Positions 27,390-34,016 of a stretch of 64,000 nt of DNA are shown piece by piece. The stretch spans positions 28,189 to 92,188 of the forward strand of contig CAZGPG010000013.1 in the NCBI GenBank assembly GCA_964527735.1. The letters are read 5' to 3'. The translations under genes and the position numbers were made by a program. The notes below the pieces were generated by a model, which worked only from the letters and a program-made list of their open reading frames with translations, had not been told where the DNA came from and ran no database searches. Positions within the stretch are counted from its first letter, which is position 1, and each line of letters starts with the position of its first letter. The DNA comes from an uncultured Chitinophagaceae bacterium. Lineage in GTDB: Bacteria > Bacteroidota > Bacteroidia > Chitinophagales > Chitinophagaceae.

Positions 27390-28331
27390 TTATTTCCGCA
27401 TTTTCTCCCACAGCTCCGGGATACGCTTGATCCAGTTCAGCTCTTTCATCTTTTCCCGTGCCTCCGCTACCGGGCTGCCGAAATAAACCTTGTCTCCTTC
27501 GATGCTGGCGGGAACGCCGCTCTGGGCATATACAACAGCATTCTTGCCGATAGTCAGGTCTTTGCTCACGCCTACCTGTCCCCAGAGTATGACGTTGTCT
27601 TCAATGATCGCCTTGCCGCCGATCCCCACCTGTGCGGCAAACAGGCAGTTTTCTCCGATCACTGCACCATGGCCGATATGTACGTGATTGTCGAGTTTCG
27701 TTCCGCGGCCAATGATCGTATCGCCGCTGACGCCTTTATCGATCGTGCAGCAGGCCCCGATCTCTGCATCGTCCTCTATCAGTACGCGGCCGCAGCTTTC
27801 CAGCTTGTCGTACTGTACTGCCTGCTCTTTGCGGCGTTTGAAGTAAAAGGCGTCGGCGCCGATGACCGTGCCGGCATGGATGATCACGTTGTCGCCGATC
27901 ACGCAATGGTCGTAGATGGTTACGTTGGGATGGATCAGACAATCCTTCCCGATCCGGACATGGTTGCCGATAAAGACGTTCGGTTGTATATGCGTACCTG
28001 CTCCAATAACGGAAGTGTCACTGATCGCCCTGTATGCCGGTTCAAACGGGTGAAAATGCTTCACCAGCTTTACATATGCACTGAAAGGATCGGGATGCAC
28101 CAACAATGTTTTGCCTTCCGGGAAGGTCACTTCTTTGTTGATGATGATAATGGAAGCGGCGGAATGCAGGCATTTATCGTAGTATTTTTCAAAATCCACG
28201 AAAGATACATCCCCCGGGGTCACCTTGTGTATCTCGTTCAGACCGGTAGCGGACTGTGTGGTATTGCCTATGAGCTGCGCGCCGGTAAAGCCGGCGATCC
28301 AGGTCACGGGAACCGGCTGGGTCAATTGCAT
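27390..28331 (-). CDS. lpxD: UDP-3-O-acylglucosamine N-acyltransferase
   Basis: An LpxD-type N-terminal domain followed by a long left-handed beta-helix of hexapeptide repeats (..IGNHVRIGKDCLIHPNVTIYDHCVIGDNVIIHAGTVIG..). ATG 28331 is preferred, because TTG 28352 lies inside the -7 box. Confidence 0.85.
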   Translation of the reverse strand: MQLTQPVPVTWIAGFTGAQLIGNTTQSATGLNEIHKVTPGDVSFVDFEKYYDKCLHSAASIIIINKEVTFPEGKTLLVHPDPFSAYVKLVKHFHPFEPAYRAISDTSVIGAGTHIQPNVFIGNHVRIGKDCLIHPNVTIYDHCVIGDNVIIHAGTVIGADAFYFKRRKEQAVQYDKLESCGRVLIEDDAEIGACCTIDKGVSGDTIIGRGTKLDNHVHIGHGAVIGENCLFAAQVGIGGKAIIEDNVILWGQVGVSKDLTIGKNAVVYAQSGVPASIEGDKVYFGSPVAEAREKMKELNWIKRIPELWEKMRK

Positions 28332-28349
28332 ATGGATATACTTTGGGGA

Positions 28350-28357
28350 CAAAAATA
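28350..28357 (-). promoter_or_regulatory. candidate -7 box (TATTTTTG)
   Basis: On the minus strand, 18 nt upstream of ATG 28331. Confidence 0.4.
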
Positions 28358-28366
28358 CGATCTATT

Positions 28367-28462
28367 CAATTTGAAAATTTGAAAATGTGCTAATTTGAAA
28401 ATGTCCATGTTATGCAAGCCGTAACGTAAGCGATACATTCATTTTCAAATGCTCAAATTAGC
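28367..28462. repeat. family B oligomer-built hairpin, copy 2
   Basis: caatttgaaaatttgaaaatgtgctaatttgaaaatg ... cattcattttcaaatgctcaaattagc. Confidence 0.75.
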
Positions 28463-28464
28463 TG

Positions 28465-28767
28465 ATCACTGTTGTCCGGGGAAGGTATCAGGTGCCATTC
28501 CGCTCCGTAGGAGCGACCGGTTTATAGCCAACAATTACAACATACGCCGGCTCCGTAGGAGCCTCCTGTTCCGGCAGGTTATGAACAGGACACCCCTCCG
28601 GGGTGGATCTATATGATATGGTGCTCTATAAACAGAGCGCTCCGTAGGAGCGAAACTCACGGTGCTGCTCAAAAGCAAGCCCCCCCCTGTTTACATAAAC
28701 TCCCCATACCTTGTACTGAGTGGGGGAGACAGATCGTTCTTCAATATTTTCCCCGGACAACAGTGAT
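28465..28767. mobile_element. 303-bp MITE-like non-autonomous element
   Basis: Perfect 18-bp terminal inverted repeats: atcactgttgtccgggga at 28465-28482 and tccccggacaacagtgat at 28750-28767. Three internal GCTCCGTAGGAGC mini-hairpins are present, two of them linked to CTATAAAC motifs in opposite orientation. No ORF. Confidence 0.55.
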
Positions 28768-28778
28768 TCTCAAATTGC

Positions 28779-29168
28779 CTAATTAAAACGGTTCCGGTCA
28801 AGCGCCAGTTGTGTTTCCAGCAGGGCAATGATCTTATCTTTATCAGAATTGGAGACTTCCAATACGATAACCTGGTTGCGGAGCATCCGGATCATCTCCT
28901 CTTTGCCGTCGGTATAACCCACCGCTCCTTCATGCACTTGCTGCCCGTTGTTCCGCACGATCATTTCGCCTTCACCGGCCACCAGCCAGGTCAGATTCAG
29001 GTCTTGGCATGCAACATGTATTTTCTCCAATATCTCCGACCCGATCCGGCCTCTTCCTTTCAGTTGCTTGCCGAGGTAGCCATTGGCAAGGCCGCATGCG
29101 CGCTCAAAGGCATATGGAGACAGATTCCGGAATTCGATGTACTGCTGTAAACGGTCTATAATTCTCAC
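28779..29168 (-). CDS. helix-turn-helix transcriptional regulator (phage CI-repressor-like HTH) with C-terminal coiled-coil
   Basis: 129 aa. MRIIDRLQQYIEFRNLSPYAFERACGLANGYLGKQLKGRGRIGSEILEKIHVACQDLNLTWLVAGEG is an XRE/CI-type HTH, and the C-terminus is heptad-like. Confidence 0.75.
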   Translation of the reverse strand: MRIIDRLQQYIEFRNLSPYAFERACGLANGYLGKQLKGRGRIGSEILEKIHVACQDLNLTWLVAGEGEMIVRNNGQQVHEGAVGYTDGKEEMIRMLRNQVIVLEVSNSDKDKIIALLETQLALDRNRFN

Positions 29169-29489
29169 GATCTAAAATTTTTAGAAAAAAGTCATCAAAA
29201 AATTTGTTTGTTCTTCGAAGTCTGCGTAACATTGTATTCAGTATATAAACAGTCTCTTACGAAGTAAAGAAATAATAATGAAAGTAGCAATACTTTCAGG
29301 GAAATTTGCCTTTTTATTATAGCGGACACACGTTTCTCTCGTTGGGCAAATTAACACACGTACACCAGTAGTCGTAAGATCGTCCGCATACACACCATGT
29401 TTTAATGGTACTATAAACCTATGTGCCGGTTCCTTCGGGGATCGGGGTAAAACCCTGCGTGTATTATTATTTCGTCACAATAAAAACCA

Positions 29490-30149
29490 ATGATCATGCC
29501 TTTTGGAGAACACAATACCTGGGATTTTTTCCCCCACAAACTGTACCGGGAAGAGATAAATGACCCGTACAAAGCCGTTAATGATTTTTTTCAGCGGATG
29601 AAGCTGACAAAATACCTGGCAGACCTCGATGACTGGTTTGCCGCATCCTGTACATCCGATTTCAGCCTGAAGCAACGATTTCCCGACCTCGTCTGCCTTA
29701 TCGAAGACATAGAAAGGATGCTCGAAGCTGCCTGGCTGATCAGCCAGGTACATCCCGCCGGTGAACGGAAGGTCGTCGCTACGCCCCCATCCCGGCAGGA
29801 TATTGAAGACCGGCTTAAGATGATCGAAGCCTGGTACGTCGGCCGCTTTAAGAGTGTTGGTATATGGGATTGTTTCCCACGTTACCTCAGTGCAGACGAA
29901 GTGCTTGACCCCTACCGGGTTTTTCATACGTTCTTCCGGCTCAACAGCCTGCCGGCATGGAAAGATGAGCTGAAAATGCTTTTTGAAGCAGCTATCAGCA
30001 ATTACAGCATATATGAATCGCTCGGCAGCTCAAATTTTTATATGATCTGCACCTACCTGTATAAAATGGTGGAAGCCGCCTTTATCATTAATCTTATAGC
30101 TTATGAAACAACAGAACAACCTGCCTGCGGAGCAGATGCTGTCGCCTGA
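29490..30149 (+). CDS. hypothetical protein with an internal tandem duplication of a ~100-aa domain, no family recognised
   Basis: 219 aa. Repeat 1 is WDFFPHKLYREEINDPYKAVNDFFQR...MLEAAWLISQV. Repeat 2 is WDCFPRYLSADEVLDPYRVFHTFFRL...MVEAAFIINLI. Confidence 0.6.
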   Translation: MIMPFGEHNTWDFFPHKLYREEINDPYKAVNDFFQRMKLTKYLADLDDWFAASCTSDFSLKQRFPDLVCLIEDIERMLEAAWLISQVHPAGERKVVATPPSRQDIEDRLKMIEAWYVGRFKSVGIWDCFPRYLSADEVLDPYRVFHTFFRLNSLPAWKDELKMLFEAAISNYSIYESLGSSNFYMICTYLYKMVEAAFIINLIAYETTEQPACGADAVA

Positions 30150-30993
30150 ACTACCGCCGCAGGATACGAAACAACCGGAGGAAGTGAGGCGCTACCGGCT
30201 TCCTTCGGGTGTAAGGCACGAAAAATTGGAGCAGATCATAGCCCGACTGATTGAGATTGTCAGGCCCGAAAAGATCTTCCTGGCCGATAAATATTTCAGG
30301 CAAACACCGGATAATCCCGATCTGCTGATCGTCCTTCCGGACGATGCCGAAATGTCGTTTGATGAATGTCATATGATCATTGCCATGCAGTCGGAATGCC
30401 TGCCACCGTTCACATACACGCTCCATATGTCGTATGATATATACAGACGCACGAACGAGGGGCATATATTTTACTCCGTAGCTTGTGTCAGGGAAAACCT
30501 GCTCTATGACGCCGGGAAGCGTACGTTACCGCTTTCGCTCCGGGAGCGTGCGCAGGCGATCCGTGAAAAGGCACACCAGGATTTTTACAGCGGATTTACC
30601 CGCGGGGTGTCTTTTCTCGAAAGCGCCTGGTACGCATATGGAAAAGGAGAGATTGAGCTGACGGCATTTATGCTGCAGCAGGCTGCCGAACTACCGCTAA
30701 GATCTATATTGCTTGCGCTCACCGGTGAGGATCTGCATACGCATTCCATCAGCAAGCTATGCGGTTGCTGCCGGCGTTGCGCACCGCAGCTGAGCGAGCT
30801 CTTCCCTGCGGATACGGCGACGGGCAGACGGCTGCTTACTTTGCTCGACAGCGCTTACATCCATGCCCGCTACCGGGATTTGGTGATCCCTGAAAAAACA
30901 GATATCATCCTGCTGTTCGAAAAGATAAAAGCGATGCACCTCGCTGCCCGGCAACTGTTTGAAGAAAAGCTGGCCGCGTTTGAATGCAGGTGA
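30103..30993 (+). CDS. fusion of a degenerate minimal-nucleotidyltransferase-like domain and a HEPN domain
   Basis: 296 aa. The N-terminal ..IEIVRPEKIFLADKYFRQTPDNPDLLIVLPDD.. aligns by eye to the MNT core but lacks the G-S motif and one acidic residue. The C-terminal ..FMLQQAAELPLRSILLALTGEDLHTHSISKL...LLDSAYIHARYRD.. fits the HEPN (PF05168-type) pattern. It overlaps the upstream gene by 47 nt, or 14 nt if ATG 30136 is used. Confidence 0.7.
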   Translation: MKQQNNLPAEQMLSPELPPQDTKQPEEVRRYRLPSGVRHEKLEQIIARLIEIVRPEKIFLADKYFRQTPDNPDLLIVLPDDAEMSFDECHMIIAMQSECLPPFTYTLHMSYDIYRRTNEGHIFYSVACVRENLLYDAGKRTLPLSLRERAQAIREKAHQDFYSGFTRGVSFLESAWYAYGKGEIELTAFMLQQAAELPLRSILLALTGEDLHTHSISKLCGCCRRCAPQLSELFPADTATGRRLLTLLDSAYIHARYRDLVIPEKTDIILLFEKIKAMHLAARQLFEEKLAAFECR

Positions 30994-30998
30994 CCGGT

Positions 30999-31033
30999 AT
31001 TACCGGCGCTGCTCTGTCAGCAGCGCCGGTAAT
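30999..31033. terminator. perfect 15-bp stem-loop between convergent genes
   Basis: attaccggcgctgct-ctgtc-agcagcgccggtaat. It starts 6 nt after the stop at 30993 and includes the last codons of dprA. Confidence 0.6.
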
Positions 31034-32132
31034 ATTTTCCAGGCAGCGGTTTCAGTATGCCCTGCATTTCAAGGCTGAGCAATGTGGCTGCGAGCATGCT
31101 GCTGTTCATTGCTGTTTGCTGCAGTAGTTCATCAGTATGCAGTGTTTCCTTATTGCGAAAGTTATCCATGACCGTTTGCTGTTCCGGGGTCAATATGGGC
31201 AGCAATTCCGGTTGTATGGCCCGGGGCTGCGTCTGTGCCTGCCAGCCCATCAGGTCTGCCAGATCATCCGCGCTGGTGATCATGGCGGCTATGTTTTTCC
31301 GGATGAGCATATGGCATCCTCTGGAGCGGGGATCATGCACACGTCCGGGAAATGCAGCCACTTCGCGGTTGTAGCCTGCTGCAAGGTAAGCGGTAATGAC
31401 CGCGCCTCCCTTCAGATCACTTTCCACGACCACGACCACATCACTTATCCCCGCTACAATGCGGTTGCGTACCGGGAAGTTGGGCTTATCCGGGTTGGTG
31501 CCGGAAGGGAACTCCGTCAGCAGACCGCCACAGGCGCACATCTCGTCTGCCAGCGGCTTGTGCGCATATGGGTATATTCTGTCCAGCCCGTGCGCCAGCA
31601 CGCCTGTTGTTGGTACGCCTTCTTTGACGCATTTTTTATGCGCCGCCGCATCAATGCCATACGCCATACCACTGACGACCAGCAAGTCGCGATATGCCTT
31701 CAGCCCGTCAATCAGCATTTCGCATAGTTCCTGCCCGTATGCAGTATTTTTTCTCGTGCCGATGACTGCTACCGTCCTGGCAGCGTTGAGATTGGCGTTT
31801 CCTTTGCTGAAAAGCAATACCGGCGCATCGTTGCAATGCTTTAGCCGGTATGGATAGTCCGGATCATCAATAAACAGGCAGTGGATCCCTTCCCGGCTTA
31901 TAAACTCCATTTCCGCAGATGCCTGGCGCAGGATGGAAGGATCTTTCATCATCGCAGCTCTGCCTGCTCCAATTCCTTCCACACGTCTGGTCAATTGCGG
32001 AGCAGCCCTGAATACTTCTTCCGCCGTGCCAAAATGCTGCAGCAGGGCAGCAGCGGTTTTGGGCCCTACACCGGGAATCAGTGTCAGCGCTATCTGGTAT
32101 AGCAGATCGTTATCTCGTTTTTCTGGCAGCAT
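31017..32132 (-). CDS. dprA: DNA-processing protein DprA (Smf)
   Basis: N-terminal SAM/HhH segment ..LTLIPGVGPKTAAALLQHFGTAEEVF.., Rossmann-like core ..VVSGMAYGIDAAAHK.. and a C-terminal winged-helix. ATG 32132 is preferred over TTG 32153. Confidence 0.9.
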   Translation of the reverse strand: MLPEKRDNDLLYQIALTLIPGVGPKTAAALLQHFGTAEEVFRAAPQLTRRVEGIGAGRAAMMKDPSILRQASAEMEFISREGIHCLFIDDPDYPYRLKHCNDAPVLLFSKGNANLNAARTVAVIGTRKNTAYGQELCEMLIDGLKAYRDLLVVSGMAYGIDAAAHKKCVKEGVPTTGVLAHGLDRIYPYAHKPLADEMCACGGLLTEFPSGTNPDKPNFPVRNRIVAGISDVVVVVESDLKGGAVITAYLAAGYNREVAAFPGRVHDPRSRGCHMLIRKNIAAMITSADDLADLMGWQAQTQPRAIQPELLPILTPEQQTVMDNFRNKETLHTDELLQQTAMNSSMLAATLLSLEMQGILKPLPGKYYRRC

Positions 32133-32170
32133 ATTTGTGCATTTATTACCCAATCATCCCATCCGGGTGT

Positions 32171-32178
32171 TATATTTG
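32171..32178 (+). promoter_or_regulatory. candidate -7 box (TATATTTG)
   Basis: It ends 2 nt before ATG 32181 and lies 20 nt upstream of ATG 32199, which argues for the 32199 start. Confidence 0.35.
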
Positions 32179-32198
32179 CAATGGAAAATACTAAAATT

Positions 32199-32714
32199 AT
32201 GAAAAACAACCTGTTAAGTTTGCTGGTGATCATGGTAGCGGCACTTACATCTTGTGCGCAAAAGAAGATTTCAGGTACAACACAACAGGTAGTTGCATCC
32301 GAACCGGCAGCCCCTGTGATTACATATGTCCGCATGGAGCGTACTCCCTGCTTTGGTCGTTGCCCCCACTATGCTTTGGAATTGCACGATGATGGTATGG
32401 CGCGTTATTCGGGATATCGCTTCACCGACAATCAGGGTGTTTATGAAATAGGCATTGGACCGTTGCAGGCTAAGAATCTGCTGGCTAAGCTGGCGGCTTA
32501 CCGCCCGGATACATGCCAGAGCGATTACGAAGTGCTGATATCCGATATTCCCGGGGTGAACTACCGGATCGAATTCAGCAACCAGGAAGTGAAAGAGATC
32601 CGTAACGGGCATTTCGGCCCCTCCTTCCTCGTGGACTTTGCCAAATCATTGGATGATGTGCTGCAGGTAGATGATAGCTGGCGGATCATTGCGGATTCGG
32701 CTTCGTATCGTTAA
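32199..32714 (+). CDS. DUF6438-like lipoprotein
   Basis: MKNNLLSLLVIMVAALTSC lipobox and a ..RTPCFGRCPHYALELHDDGMARYSG.. motif. The track ORF starts six codons earlier, at 32181. Confidence 0.65.
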   Translation: MKNNLLSLLVIMVAALTSCAQKKISGTTQQVVASEPAAPVITYVRMERTPCFGRCPHYALELHDDGMARYSGYRFTDNQGVYEIGIGPLQAKNLLAKLAAYRPDTCQSDYEVLISDIPGVNYRIEFSNQEVKEIRNGHFGPSFLVDFAKSLDDVLQVDDSWRIIADSASYR

Positions 32715-32870
32715 AATTTGAAAATTTGGGAATTTGAAAATTTGAAAATGAAATATATGTCGTGAATAATGAAAGCTATATAAGAAGTGTGGACGAGTTG
32801 TGCTGTTTTATAAACTTTTTCCGTAAAATCTGTTCATTTTCAAATTCCCGAATTTTCAAATTCTCAAATT
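32714..32870. repeat. family B oligomer-built hairpin, copy 3 (largest)
   Basis: The left arm at 32714-32750 is aaatttgaaaatttgggaatttgaaaatttgaaaatg. The right arm at 32835-32870 is cattttcaaattcccgaattttcaaattctcaaatt. 29 of 36 positions are complementary by hand alignment, with an ~84-nt unrelated loop. Confidence 0.8.
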
Positions 32871-32877
32871 ACATTTG
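32870..32877 (+). promoter_or_regulatory. candidate -7 box (TACATTTG)
   Basis: It ends 5 nt before ATG 32883, which would give a leaderless or near-leaderless mRNA. Confidence 0.3.
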
Positions 32878-32882
32878 CACCC

Positions 32883-34016
32883 ATGCAAGACTTACGCCCC
32901 TTTTTTACATCAGGTCATTTTATTGAAAGCCGGGAGCCGGGTTATTATGAACCGCTGCAATGGGGTTCGGTGATTGAATGCGCTGCAGACCGCGTTTTCA
33001 ACTGGGAGGACGCCGACTTTGTGATCGTGGGTTGCGGAGAATGGCGCGGCGAGGGAAGGGACGAAACGGCGGTGAACGGGCCGGATGCCATCCGCGATGA
33101 ATTGTATCGATTGTATAACTGGCACCCCGCGATCCGCATTGCGGATGCGGGTGATATATTACGGGGAGCAGGAGTAGGGGATACCCGTGCAGCATTGAGG
33201 ATGGCGCTGCAGGAAATTCACGCTGCAGGTAAGATCGCAATCGTGCTGGGCGGGTCGCATGATCTTACGCTGCAGCAATACGAAGCCTTTAAACTATCCG
33301 GCCAGGGCATCAATGCTACGGTGGCTGATATGCTGATAGATCTCGACGAAACGGAAGCAATCACCAGCCGGAGCTTCCTGATGGATATGCTTACTTCCAC
33401 ACCCAACTACATCCGCCATTACAGCCATATCGGTTTTCAAAGTTATTATGTGCATCCGCAGATGCTCGAAACGCTGGACAAGCTGCGTTTTGATTTCTTC
33501 AGGTTGGGACGTGTGCGGGAGAGTATGGAAGATATGGAACCTGTGCTGCGTGCCAGCGATATGTTCAGTTTCGATATCAATGCGGTGCGTTACAGTGATG
33601 CTCCGGTCAACAGCGGTGGCTCACCCAATGGTTTTACCGGGGATGAAGCCTGCCAACTGACACGCTATGCCGGGATGAGCGACCGTCTTAAATCGTTTGG
33701 CATTTATGGCTACGACCCTGCGAAGGATGCGCACCGGCTTACGGCAAAGCTGATCGCCCAGATGATCTGGTATTTTATTGACGGGTATCATATACGGCAG
33801 CATGAAGCTGCGCTCAGCGACAGCGCTTCTTTCCTTGAGTTTCATGTTCGGTTTACCAGCAACGATACGGTCTTTCTGAAGAGTAAACGGACCGGTCGCT
33901 GGTGGATGCAGATGCCGGATAATACTTTTGAGCCGTGCTCATACAGCGATTATCAGATGGCTTGCCGGGATGAAATACCCGAGCGCTGGCTGCGGGCGCA
34001 GGAGCGGCTGGTGTAG
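32883..34016 (+). CDS. arginase/ureohydrolase-fold family protein (formimidoylglutamase-like)
   Basis: 377 aa. ..IVLGGSHDLTL.. matches the GGDHS-type motif, and ..SFDINAVRYSDAP.. matches the S.D.D..DP-type motif with substitutions. Confidence 0.65.
   Translation: MQDLRPFFTSGHFIESREPGYYEPLQWGSVIECAADRVFNWEDADFVIVGCGEWRGEGRDETAVNGPDAIRDELYRLYNWHPAIRIADAGDILRGAGVGDTRAALRMALQEIHAAGKIAIVLGGSHDLTLQQYEAFKLSGQGINATVADMLIDLDETEAITSRSFLMDMLTSTPNYIRHYSHIGFQSYYVHPQMLETLDKLRFDFFRLGRVRESMEDMEPVLRASDMFSFDINAVRYSDAPVNSGGSPNGFTGDEACQLTRYAGMSDRLKSFGIYGYDPAKDAHRLTAKLIAQMIWYFIDGYHIRQHEAALSDSASFLEFHVRFTSNDTVFLKSKRTGRWWMQMPDNTFEPCSYSDYQMACRDEIPERWLRAQERLV

Noticed and set aside
27669-28382. 237-aa plus-strand ORF
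   Set aside because: It is antisense to lpxD. Hexapeptide-repeat genes commonly generate long antisense ORFs.
29278-29322. 14-codon mini-ORF (MKVAILSGKFAFLL) in the islet control region as a leader peptide
   Set aside because: It has no supporting context (no downstream attenuator logic or conservation evidence), so it is indistinguishable from chance.
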